DNA of 64,000 bases from Chlorobiaceae bacterium (GTDB taxonomy: Bacteria; Bacteroidota; Chlorobiia; Chlorobiales; Chlorobiaceae), in NCBI GenBank assembly GCA_013334525.1, contig JAAXXK010000009.1, positions 6,624 through 70,623 of the forward strand. Reading direction: 5' to 3'. The position numbers and the translations under genes were made by a program. Below the pieces are notes generated by a model that did not search any database, had not been told where the DNA came from, and saw only the letters and a program-made list of their open reading frames with translations. This document shows positions 17,157-26,169 of this stretch, one piece after another. Each line of letters starts with the position of its first letter. Within the stretch, counting starts at the first letter, position 1.

Positions 17157-17552
17157 TCAAAAAGGAACCTCAGGGGCCTCCCCTTCTTCACCTGTAAGAA
17201 GGCGATACTTCTTGCATGCGCATTTGCATCCGTTCCTGCATGATTTTTTATAAAGCGCGACGGCCTCTTCAAGGCTTTTCGGCACTCCTCTGCCCTGCTC
17301 ATACATCTCCCCGAGGTTGAACATCGCCTCCCCATGCCCCTGATCAGCGGCCATACGGAACCATTTCACGGCTTCCACATCGTTCTGTTCAACGCTGGCC
17401 CCGATTTCATAGTATACTCCCAGCTTGTTCTGTGAGTCTGCGTCACCCCCGTTGGCTGCCTTCAAGGCCATACGAACACGTTGTTCGTCGCCTTTGGCTG
17501 TGCTGGAAAGCAGCGTAAGAAACATGGTCAATATGAGCAATTTCTTTATCAT
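17157..17552 (-). CDS. Sel1-repeat (TPR-like) periplasmic protein
   Basis: Signal peptide MIKKLLILTMFLTLLSSTAKG. Sel1 repeats include NKLGVYYEIGASVEQNDVEAVKWFRMAADQGHGEAMFNLGEMYEQGRGV. Confidence 0.8.
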   Translation of the reverse strand: MIKKLLILTMFLTLLSSTAKGDEQRVRMALKAANGGDADSQNKLGVYYEIGASVEQNDVEAVKWFRMAADQGHGEAMFNLGEMYEQGRGVPKSLEEAVALYKKSCRNGCKCACKKYRLLTGEEGEAPEVPF

Positions 17553-17663
17553 GGTATCCGGAGATTAGAATCGCGGCAATTGCATTCAAGACTGAAGCCG
17601 TTTGAGTGGCCAAAGTTAACTCTCAATGCATATAATAATATAGCGAAGCTCCTCCAACAGTAT

Positions 17664-17699
17664 AAAAAAAGGGAGGGTAACGAAAATACCCTCCCTTTT
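17664..17699. terminator. bidirectional rho-independent terminator after the TonB-dependent receptor gene
   Basis: A7-gggagggta-acgaaaa-taccctccc-T4. On the minus strand the stem is followed by T7. Confidence 0.8.
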
Positions 17700-17726
17700 C
17701 AGCGAAAAATGGCAGAAGATTCGAAA

Positions 17727-19874
17727 TCAGAACGACTGGGTCATGCCGATCATGAACGAGCGCCCCTGGCCTGCAAGTGCATCAAAGTACAACGGCTTTC
17801 CGCTTGCCTCAAGAGACTGGTCATAGTTCACGCCTCCCAGGGGCAGGTAATAGAACTTGTCGAACAGGTTCATGACCCCCAAATCCAGCTTCAGGTTTTT
17901 ATACTGATATGCTGTACGGAGGTTGACCAATGCATATCCAGAAGTTTTCGGCTCCAGACGCAACGGTTCAATATTCGATTTTTTGTCGACTACCTGAACT
18001 TCCACGACATTCGTCCATCCTGATATCTGTTGCTCTATCGTCATCCTGAGATTCAACGGCATCTGGTGATAGAGGCTGTTGCCGGTATCCAGGTTTTTCC
18101 CATGAACATATCCAATCGTACCGCCAATCTTTCCGCTACCGAAACCACCGGATTTCCAAAGTGAGGTTTTGCCGGAGATATTGATCCCGTAAAGCGCAGC
18201 ATCCTGATTGACGAACCTCAGTATGTTACGGGTGCCTGAGGTGCTGGCACCGAAATACTCCACGCCAATGTAATCGTTGACATAAGTGTAAAACGGCGCG
18301 ACCTTTACCTCGTAATCTCTTTTGTCGCTGTCATGAAAATCCGCCGAGATGCTGATCGTATGCGCCACTTCAGGCTTGAGATCCGGGTTGCCAAGATAGC
18401 CGTTGCCATCACCGAACCATCCGAGCATGCCGCTGCACATCCACATGGTCGACCAGGCATAACGTTCGTAGAGATTTGGAGAACGGGTCTTGCGTGCATA
18501 ACCGAGTTCATAAGAGGCGGTTTTCGATGGTTCCAGCTTTGCCATTGCCGAGATATCCCAATTGCTGTCGGTGCGGCGACGATCCAGCAGGTTGAAAGCA
18601 TCCGAATCCCTTTTGTAGTTCGTGACCATCGGTGACATTCCATTACTGTCCTTGTATCCATGGACATCGCCAGTATCCATCCTGACCTGCTCGTTACGAA
18701 CGCCGACAATCGTTGTCAACTGGTCATTTGGCCGGGATTCCCATTCTGCAAATAACACAAACCGGTCACGTTCACCGTTATAGATGTTCAGGAAGGAATT
18801 GGGCGACATGGTCATGCTCCCTGCAACAGGAGGCCATAGGTCATCAAGGGTGAAGCGGTGGTATTCGTTGCCAATGCGCAACAGGCTGTTGGATGAAATC
18901 CTGAACTCAGGCTTGATCGAATAGCCGATGTTTATGCCTCTCGTTTCCATTGGCATGTGGGGCATTTTCAGGGGAAACTCCAGCTTTTCCCTGCCTGAGT
19001 CCATCTTGTGCCAGGTGTTTTGCCAGTAAGCGCTAGCGTCCAGCTTGCCCCAATCGTAGCTGGCCTTGTAACCCGCGTTGATAAATGACGCGTCGTTATC
19101 GATCATGTCCATCCACTGGTTTACGAAACCCTGGTCGGGAATCGACTGGTGCCCTGCCTTGACCGTAATGACGCCGCTGTCGGTTTTGGCTGCAAGCGTT
19201 AAGCCGAGGTTGTTCGATTCGTAATAGGTTGAGGTTACCCTGTTGCCGTGGCCGTCAAAGTAATCACTGGCACGGTCATGAGAGGCTGTCACGCCGAAAC
19301 TCAGGTTGTTGTTTGCGACGGAACTTGTAACCGAAACCCCTCTGGCATGGTTGTTGCTCCGATAGTATGATGATATACTGCCGTTTTGCACGACCTTTTT
19401 TCCATTTGAAGCGAATACCGGTGCTACCGATTCCACTACAATAGTGCCGCCGATGTTGTCGCCGCCCATGCTGACTGGCGTCACGCCGGCATTGACGCTG
19501 ATACTGCCCACATTGGACGGAGGCAGATAGGAGAGCGGCGGGTTCATGTGGTTCGCGCAGGCGGAGGTTATCTCCATGCAATCTACACAGACCATAAGCC
19601 GATCATCACCAAGGCCGTTGACTACCGGAAGGCTCGATACTCCGCCGCCTGTCTGAAGGCTTACTCCCGGTTCATCGCTGAGCAAGGCAGCTGTATCGCT
19701 GGTTTTCAGGCGCGTTGAAACCACCGGTTTCAACGATTTATCACTCTTTGCAGAAACGACTACTTCCGGCATTTGTACTTCTGCTGCCAGCACCGAAGGT
19801 GGTGTTGCTGCCATTGCAGTAAGCAACGCAGCAAGCGGCCAGAACCTTATTATAAATTCTTGTGATTTGTTCAT
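17727..19874 (-). CDS. TonB-dependent outer-membrane receptor, possibly copper-type (OprC/NosA-like)
   Basis: Signal peptide, plug start PEVVVSA and a C-terminal ...MIGMTQSF barrel signature. Cys/Met/His clusters CVDCMEITSACANHMNPPLSY and PLKMPHMPME. The Met at 19874 (MNKSQEF) is preferred over 19928. Confidence 0.8.
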   Translation of the reverse strand: MNKSQEFIIRFWPLAALLTAMAATPPSVLAAEVQMPEVVVSAKSDKSLKPVVSTRLKTSDTAALLSDEPGVSLQTGGGVSSLPVVNGLGDDRLMVCVDCMEITSACANHMNPPLSYLPPSNVGSISVNAGVTPVSMGGDNIGGTIVVESVAPVFASNGKKVVQNGSISSYYRSNNHARGVSVTSSVANNNLSFGVTASHDRASDYFDGHGNRVTSTYYESNNLGLTLAAKTDSGVITVKAGHQSIPDQGFVNQWMDMIDNDASFINAGYKASYDWGKLDASAYWQNTWHKMDSGREKLEFPLKMPHMPMETRGINIGYSIKPEFRISSNSLLRIGNEYHRFTLDDLWPPVAGSMTMSPNSFLNIYNGERDRFVLFAEWESRPNDQLTTIVGVRNEQVRMDTGDVHGYKDSNGMSPMVTNYKRDSDAFNLLDRRRTDSNWDISAMAKLEPSKTASYELGYARKTRSPNLYERYAWSTMWMCSGMLGWFGDGNGYLGNPDLKPEVAHTISISADFHDSDKRDYEVKVAPFYTYVNDYIGVEYFGASTSGTRNILRFVNQDAALYGINISGKTSLWKSGGFGSGKIGGTIGYVHGKNLDTGNSLYHQMPLNLRMTIEQQISGWTNVVEVQVVDKKSNIEPLRLEPKTSGYALVNLRTAYQYKNLKLDLGVMNLFDKFYYLPLGGVNYDQSLEASGKPLYFDALAGQGRSFMIGMTQSF

Positions 19875-19905
19875 GAGGTAACATTTATTCTTTGAAATAG
19901 TGAAG

Positions 19906-19931
19906 CTTGCGGCTGGAATTCCAGCCACAAG
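19906..19931 (-). promoter_or_regulatory. 11-bp stem-loop in the 222-nt leader of the receptor gene
   Basis: Minus-strand RNA cuuguggcugg-aauu-ccagccgcaag (one G-U pair), about 30 nt before the receptor ATG. Could be an attenuator or a processing site. Confidence 0.35.
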
Positions 19932-20096
19932 CCTTCCCTATCCGGCGCACGACCTGATTTGAACGGGTTCATCAGCGGGCGGTAAGTCTAATGCCTCGGT
20001 ATTGACAAATAGACACCACTGGACTGACGATCCATTAAATGCAAAGCTACCCGCGTGCGGGTTGCGGCGGAATGAATTGAACGATATGTTGAAACC

Positions 20097-20483
20097 TCAG
20101 GCTTCGGGAGGGTGGTCTATCCTTCGCAAGGATCCTGATCTCAGATCGTAGATGGAGTGGTCATAATATTTATTACCGGTATATGCCGCCAGATGGGGAT
20201 GCATGTGTTCAGGTTCGAGGCCATGCATCATGGCGAGCATCTCTTCGGGAGATTTGCTGGAGGCTTTCTTGCCGGAGTCAGCCGGCTGCGGGTCCTGTTC
20301 TGCATCGATCTTCTTCTGGAGGAAGCAATGTCCGCCACACTCCATGGTCATTTTTTCGCATGCGGATTCGGCAATAGCCTTACGGTTCAAGTAAAACAGC
20401 CCGTAGTAGGTCAGCACGCAGTTGATCTGCACGAACATTCCGAGCAATGTCAGAAGGACTATGTTCCTTTTGAGCAGACCCAT
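20097..20483 (-). CDS. small N-terminally anchored protein with His/Met-rich tail, unknown function
   Basis: TM helix IVLLTLLGMFVQINCVLTYYGLFYL. Motifs ECGGHCF and MLAMMHGLEPEHMHPH. First gene of the receptor operon. Confidence 0.6.
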   Translation of the reverse strand: MGLLKRNIVLLTLLGMFVQINCVLTYYGLFYLNRKAIAESACEKMTMECGGHCFLQKKIDAEQDPQPADSGKKASSKSPEEMLAMMHGLEPEHMHPHLAAYTGNKYYDHSIYDLRSGSLRRIDHPPEA

Positions 20484-20552
20484 TGAAAAGAGCTGACTTT
20501 AGATAAATACTTTGTCAAGGGAGACATATCACGGCTGTAATGTCAATCAATT

Positions 20553-20564
20553 TAACAATTGTTA
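20553..20564. promoter_or_regulatory. 12-bp perfect palindrome TAACAATTGTTA (copy 2)
   Basis: Lies in the divergent intergenic region between 20483 (receptor operon start) and 20664. Confidence 0.4.
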
Positions 20565-20663
20565 TCCAATTAACGGCAAGTGGCGGTAGCAAGAAATTGT
20601 TCAATATCGTACCTTGGCTACATCGTATCGTCTTACAACCAATATCTCAGGAAGGAGCCTCAA

Positions 20664-20846
20664 ATGGCCATGACCGTTGAAATCAGGGACAACAAGCTTT
20701 GCATCGAAATCGACATGCAGAAGCCTGAACCGTCAGCATCTGGAAAAACCCTTGTGGTGGCAAGCACAAAAGGCAATGTGGTCACCTCGGTCGTCGTTGA
20801 CGGCAAACCGGTAACCATAGGCCTGAACGCCTATATCAAGAAATAG
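20664..20846 (+). CDS. small conserved-looking hypothetical protein (60 aa)
   Basis: GGAAGGAG SD 5 nt upstream of ATG at 20664. Reads MAMTVEIRDNKLCIEIDMQKPEPSASGKTLVVASTKGN.... The 3' end overlaps the convergent recD by 11 nt. Confidence 0.6.
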   Translation: MAMTVEIRDNKLCIEIDMQKPEPSASGKTLVVASTKGNVVTSVVVDGKPVTIGLNAYIKK

Positions 20847-22578
20847 GGCGGGCTCCGGCAAGTGCTTCGCGCAGTCCCGAACGCCTTTCGATACGACGCC
20901 TGACGGCTGAAGTGAAAACCTTTTCGTCGCCCCAGATGGCGATCGATTCCTTTCCCCTCGTGATACCGGTGTATATGAGCTCCCTGGTCAGCAACGCCTT
21001 GTCTTCCGGAGGAAGTACCAGTAGAACGCGCTGGAACTCCGATCCCTGGCTCTTGTGAACAGTCATCGCAAATGCGGTTTCGTGGTGCGGCAGGAATTCG
21101 GGAGGAATGCTTCTTGCCGAGCCATCCGGTGCCGCAAAAAATGCCCGGAGAAGGCCGGTTTCCGGGTCGGGGAAGATAATTCCGGTGTCGCCGTTGAAGA
21201 GCCGGTGCGAGTAATCGTTCTCCGTAATGAGCAGTGGCCTGCCCCTGTAGAAAACGCCGTCTCGGCGAATCAGGGCGGCTCCGGCGAGCAACGCTTCTGC
21301 CGCCTGGTTCATCCCGCTCGCTCCCCATGGCCCTTCACGCAGCGCACAGAGTATCCTGAAGCGTTCGAACCGTTGCAGGGCTTCAAGCGGCTCTTTCGCC
21401 TCAAGATATTGGCGGTATCCATCAAGCACAAACCCCGAAAGTCGGGTTCGTATATGCTCTACCATCGGCGATGGTTCGAGGGAAATAGTGCCGCCGGTCT
21501 GGCCAAACAGGCTCAACGCCATATGCTCTTCACCGGCATTGACCGCACGGCTGAGCTCTCCAATACCTGAGCCTTCACTGAAACGATAATTCTTTTCAAG
21601 TACCGTCACGCAGCCTTCGACTGCAGATCCGGCTGACTCTCCCGCCCTGCAGATATCACCGAGCACGGCCCCGGCAGCTACCGAGGCGAGCTGCTCCTTA
21701 TCGCCGAGGAGTACAAGCCTTGCGTCAGGAAGCAGTGCGCTGATGAGGGCCGTCATGAGCGGCAAATCGACCATGGAGGCCTCGTCGACAATTACCGTGT
21801 CATAGGGCAGCGGGTTTTGTGCCGTATGCCTGAACCTGGCTGCTCCGGGTAGCGGACCAAGCAGACGGTGAATGGTTGTAACCGCATCGGGAATGGCTCC
21901 TTTGACCTCGTCGGCGCAGGGCAGTGACTCCCTGATGGCCACGATGGAAGAGCTGAGCCTGGCTGCAGCCTTTCCGGTCGGAGCGGCCATGGCGATGCGT
22001 TGCCTCAGCCCGCCTGGTTGTTCGAGAAGAAGGGCGAGAATGCGCACGACTGTCGATGTCTTGCCCGTGCCGGGTCCGCCCGAAATGACCGAGAAACGCC
22101 TCATCAGCGCTGAAGATGCCGCCTCCCTCTGCCGCTGGTCGCCCTTTCCGTCCGTTGGCAGCAGCCTGTCGAGACTTTCGCAAAGCGATGATCCGTCGAT
22201 CTCTTCCAATCGTGAAGAGGCCCTCGAACGGATCTGCTCCGACAGCGTTTCCTGGTATCGGAAGTATCGGTAGAGATAGAGCCGTCCTTCGTTGTCCAGC
22301 ACAAGGGGGCAATGCTCACCAGGTCGACCGACCGATGGCAACGATCGGACCATCGACAGCAATGTATCCCGTTCAGGCATAACCATATCGGAGCGCTCTT
22401 GGAACCTTACGACTCCTCCTGCGATCTCGGTCAGGTCAAGGCAGATGCTTCCCTGTCCGACCGACTGGCTCAACAGTGAAACTACCGTACCGAGCATCTC
22501 GATATCTCCCGATGCCCTGCGGCAGAGAAAATCTGAGGCCTGCCTGTCGATCGGCCGTTCAAGGAAATCGATGACCAT
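20836..22578 (-). CDS. recD: exodeoxyribonuclease V alpha subunit
   Basis: Walker A ISGGPGTGKTST, VIVDEASMVD, and C-terminal AMTVHKSQGSEF. Confidence 0.9.
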   Translation of the reverse strand: MVIDFLERPIDRQASDFLCRRASGDIEMLGTVVSLLSQSVGQGSICLDLTEIAGGVVRFQERSDMVMPERDTLLSMVRSLPSVGRPGEHCPLVLDNEGRLYLYRYFRYQETLSEQIRSRASSRLEEIDGSSLCESLDRLLPTDGKGDQRQREAASSALMRRFSVISGGPGTGKTSTVVRILALLLEQPGGLRQRIAMAAPTGKAAARLSSSIVAIRESLPCADEVKGAIPDAVTTIHRLLGPLPGAARFRHTAQNPLPYDTVIVDEASMVDLPLMTALISALLPDARLVLLGDKEQLASVAAGAVLGDICRAGESAGSAVEGCVTVLEKNYRFSEGSGIGELSRAVNAGEEHMALSLFGQTGGTISLEPSPMVEHIRTRLSGFVLDGYRQYLEAKEPLEALQRFERFRILCALREGPWGASGMNQAAEALLAGAALIRRDGVFYRGRPLLITENDYSHRLFNGDTGIIFPDPETGLLRAFFAAPDGSARSIPPEFLPHHETAFAMTVHKSQGSEFQRVLLVLPPEDKALLTRELIYTGITRGKESIAIWGDEKVFTSAVRRRIERRSGLREALAGARPIS

Positions 22579-25500
22579 TCAACTCTCCTCCCCTTTTTCT
22601 ATAAGGATAGCGCCCAGTTCCCTGATCAAAGCCTCCGGGGGTAGATCGCGGAAAAATCCCGTCTGTTCGCCATTGCTTGCGCTCACCCCGCGAAGGAATA
22701 CGTAGATCACGCCGCCGAAATGGGTGGCGTAGCTGTAACCCGGCACGCGAAGCGAGAGGTAACGGTCGAGCGCGACGGTATAAAGCAGGTACTGCAATGG
22801 ATAGAGGTTCCCGGTCATTGCCTGTCGTAGCGACTCCGCCCGGTAATCGTCAGGCGAGTTGCCGAGATGGTTCGATTTCCAGTCGAGCAGCCAGTATTTT
22901 CCGTCCGCCTCGAACACCATATCCATGAATCCAAGCAACATGCCCTTCACCGGTTTAAAATCGAGCGCGGCTGCAACGGAAGCCAGATCGACACCGAACG
23001 CCATGGCGCCATGCCGTACGAGCACTTCGGCAAGCTCCGGCGAAGCCAGCCGTTTCAGCGGGAAGAAAAACTCAAGTTCGGTGATCCATCTGGCCTGCTT
23101 CAATCCGCCGAGCGTGAACGAGCCGCCATGGGATGAAAGCTGCACAGTGAGCACTTCCAATGCCTTTTCCACCATGCAGTGCTGCCAGCTCCTGTCGAAA
23201 CCGTAACGGTCAAGTCCCTTTTCAACGAGCTCCGCCAGGGCGCTTTCAGACGGGGCAGCAAAATCGAGCGATTCGAAGATAGAGTGCATGAACAAGCCGG
23301 CCCTTGCTCCCCGGTGAAAAGAAAAAACAGTACGGTCCCCTTCCGGAAGCACGATTGCCGGTCGCTGTTCCAGTTCTGATTCGTCGCGATCCGGCAGTTC
23401 GTATGCCTTGTGCTGATGACGGCTGAAAGAGGTGAAACTCGAAATCCGCCAGTCACTTTCCAGTTTTGTATGGAATCTTCTCCTGTCAGCAACCTGCCCG
23501 GCAGGGGCAACAGGCCGCAAAGGCCTCTGCTGTTCGGCGTCAACGGATGCAAGCCTCCTGAAGCCTATCGATCCCCCCGAACCGTCGCTCAGCTCCTGAA
23601 GCACTCCGGCCATTGCCTCGGCATCCATGGCATCGAATTCACTCCTGGCTGCATCGACCACCTCCGGCCTCTGTTTTGCGGCGTCCGAAACATAAAGGAG
23701 ATAGGCTGTCGGTGAAAAGTTTCGCAATCCACCTCTCCGACTTCCATCGATTACCCGGCCGGTAAAGAAAACGCAGCGACGTTCTGCCCTGGTCAATGCG
23801 ACATAGAGAAGGCGCATGCTCTCGGCAAGCGATTCCCTGGCCGCCATGGCGCGATGCCCGGCAATTCCGGCCGATCCGAAATCCTTGACCATGTGACCAT
23901 GCTTGTCATGGAAAAGCACCACGTCGCCGCCGGAACCGCCCCCGGCGAACAGGAATGGACAAAAAACCACCGGGTACTGGAGCCCTTTACTCACATGGAC
24001 CGTCACGATCCTGACAGCCGATTCGTCGCTTTCAAGGCGGATCTGGTACTCATCGCCGGGCTCTTTCGATGCCACCCGCTCACTGAACCACGATACGAGC
24101 CCCTCCATCCCCAGCCCATGGTCATGGCTGTGGCGGTGCAGCAACTCGAAGCAATGCAGTACGTTGGTCAGGCTTCGGTCTCCCGACGAGTCGGCAACCG
24201 CCAGCAGTCGCTCCCGGACAGCCTCACGACGCATCAGCTCCCTTGCCATGACCATGAACCCCTGTTCGAGCCATATCCGGTGATAATCGTTGAACTGCTG
24301 TAGCCAATTCGCCCAGGCCGATTCATCGTGGTTCAGGCGGTCGATATCACTGCCGGTAAGTCCAAACAACGGGGTGACAAGCGCCGCCCTGACCTGCGGC
24401 TGCCTGCCCGGATCGGCCAGGGCGGTTACCGTGATCCGGACATCTTCAGCCTCTCGTGAGGCGAACACGCTCTCGTCGCTTCGCATTACGGTTGGGACTC
24501 CCTGGGCGCGCAGTGCAGCCTGCGCCAATCGGGCCTGCCGATGTGTGCGCACGATGACGGCGATTTGGGCGGCGTCAGCTTTGCCGTCACGAATCATCCC
24601 GGCGACTCCCGCAGCGCAGGCGGCCGATGCAAAACTTTCGGCCTCTCCGCTTTTCATGATCCCCCCGTTGCTGCCGGAATCCATAAGACAAATCTCAAGC
24701 GGCGGCTCTTCAGCATCACCACTCTCCACATCCGTTTTACCGGGCACAAGCGGAGGTGAGGGTATCTCTTCAAGCACAAACGGGAGATGGGTGCTGTCAA
24801 AAAGGATGTTGAAACCCCGGAGGAGTTTTGGAACGGAACGCCAGTTCGAATTCAGGGTGAATCGACGCTCCCCGCAAACATCGGCAGCGGCCTTCAGGTA
24901 TGCGAAAATGTCGGCCCCGCGAAAGCTGTAGATCGCCTGTTTTGGATCGCCTATCAGGAATAGCGGAGCATCTGATTCAGCGTAGATCGTCCTGAAGATA
25001 TCGTATTGGAGCGGATCGGTGTCCTGAAACTCATCGATCAGTGCTGCCTTGTAACGCTTTCGGAGAGCCTCGGCCATCGCTGCCGATTCCGGCCCATCGG
25101 CAAGGACCTTGTAAAGATCCTCCAGCAAGTCGTCGAAGAACCTGAGATTGCCCTCGCGCTTGCGTTCCGGCAGCCGTTTTCTGAAAAACGCCACCATCTC
25201 GGCCTTCAGTGCGAGAAGCCGTTCATCTACGGCCGACATAAGCCTTTGGCAGGCGTCGAAGAGCGCGTGTTGCGGAGCCGTACCTGTCGGCTTGGTGCCA
25301 TCCATGATTCCGGATGCGGTCATTTTGCCGAATCCTTTGAACAACCCGAAGGGATTGCCGGTTTCGACGAATGACTCCATTTCGGCCAGGAGTTTCCCTA
25401 CCCGGTCCAACCGGTATGCCGACTCGGCACGGCTGAGCCCCCGGTCCTCCTTCAGCACCAGGGAGACTGACTCCCTCTCCTGCCGCCAAATCCGGCAGAC

Positions 25501-26169
25501 CTCGACGAATAAGGCGGAACAATTGGTTTCGAGGGTCGAAATATCTGATTCACTGTACTGCGGCAACACCTCTACCCGGGCCGATACGTTCAGTTCGCGC
25601 AGCAACTTCATGAAGGCGTTGGGCGAGCATTTCTTCTCGAGAGCGTAACCGAGCAAGGGACTGCGATCCGTAAAAAAGCGTTCACGCCAGAAGTCGTCAA
25701 CCACTTCGCGAGCGAGCATGCTCTGGTCAGGCACCAGCTCAGTATCGTAGAGAGAGCCGCTTTCGAATGCGTTATCCTGCAAAGCCCGCAGGCAGAAGCC
25801 GTGGATGGTGAAAATCGAGGCCGTATCAAAGGCCGCAAGGGCAGCTTCTAGCGCCCCGGCAGCTTTCTGTGCCGTACCTGATAAAACAGCCTGGTCGCAA
25901 AAACCTGAGAGAAAATGATCATCCGTTGCCTCTCCCCGCATCGCGTCGAGGGCTTCGCGAATCCTTTTTCGGATCCTCGAACGAAGCTCCTGGGTGGCGG
26001 CTTCGGTATAGGTCACCACAAGGATCTCTTCGGGCTGAAGCTCCTTTTCGACCAGCAGGCGCAGGTACAACGAAGCTATCGCATAGGTCTTGCCGGTCCC
26101 TGCGCTCGCCTGTATGAGGTTCATTCCCGAGAGGGCGATTGAAGAGTGATCCAGTATCCTCATCGTCAT
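22579..26169 (-). CDS. recB: exodeoxyribonuclease V beta subunit
   Basis: LIQASAGTGKTYAIA helicase motif I. C-terminal nuclease block GFMDMVFEADGKYWLLDWKSNHLG. The ATG at 26169 overlaps the recC stop (ATGA). The track ORF's 30-aa N-terminal extension is rejected. Confidence 0.9.
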   Translation of the reverse strand: MTMRILDHSSIALSGMNLIQASAGTGKTYAIASLYLRLLVEKELQPEEILVVTYTEAATQELRSRIRKRIREALDAMRGEATDDHFLSGFCDQAVLSGTAQKAAGALEAALAAFDTASIFTIHGFCLRALQDNAFESGSLYDTELVPDQSMLAREVVDDFWRERFFTDRSPLLGYALEKKCSPNAFMKLLRELNVSARVEVLPQYSESDISTLETNCSALFVEVCRIWRQERESVSLVLKEDRGLSRAESAYRLDRVGKLLAEMESFVETGNPFGLFKGFGKMTASGIMDGTKPTGTAPQHALFDACQRLMSAVDERLLALKAEMVAFFRKRLPERKREGNLRFFDDLLEDLYKVLADGPESAAMAEALRKRYKAALIDEFQDTDPLQYDIFRTIYAESDAPLFLIGDPKQAIYSFRGADIFAYLKAAADVCGERRFTLNSNWRSVPKLLRGFNILFDSTHLPFVLEEIPSPPLVPGKTDVESGDAEEPPLEICLMDSGSNGGIMKSGEAESFASAACAAGVAGMIRDGKADAAQIAVIVRTHRQARLAQAALRAQGVPTVMRSDESVFASREAEDVRITVTALADPGRQPQVRAALVTPLFGLTGSDIDRLNHDESAWANWLQQFNDYHRIWLEQGFMVMARELMRREAVRERLLAVADSSGDRSLTNVLHCFELLHRHSHDHGLGMEGLVSWFSERVASKEPGDEYQIRLESDESAVRIVTVHVSKGLQYPVVFCPFLFAGGGSGGDVVLFHDKHGHMVKDFGSAGIAGHRAMAARESLAESMRLLYVALTRAERRCVFFTGRVIDGSRRGGLRNFSPTAYLLYVSDAAKQRPEVVDAARSEFDAMDAEAMAGVLQELSDGSGGSIGFRRLASVDAEQQRPLRPVAPAGQVADRRRFHTKLESDWRISSFTSFSRHQHKAYELPDRDESELEQRPAIVLPEGDRTVFSFHRGARAGLFMHSIFESLDFAAPSESALAELVEKGLDRYGFDRSWQHCMVEKALEVLTVQLSSHGGSFTLGGLKQARWITELEFFFPLKRLASPELAEVLVRHGAMAFGVDLASVAAALDFKPVKGMLLGFMDMVFEADGKYWLLDWKSNHLGNSPDDYRAESLRQAMTGNLYPLQYLLYTVALDRYLSLRVPGYSYATHFGGVIYVFLRGVSASNGEQTGFFRDLPPEALIRELGAILIEKGEES

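Noticed and set aside
19875-20096. Possible TPP or cobalamin riboswitch ahead of the TonB-dependent receptor
   Set aside because: Fragments resemble known elements: GCUGAUGAACCC...AAUCAGGUC...AUAGGGAAGG versus the thi-box, and GGGAAGGC versus cobalamin. However, CUGAGA, the GCCACUG/B12 box and the correct motif order are missing. I report only a structured leader, not a riboswitch class.
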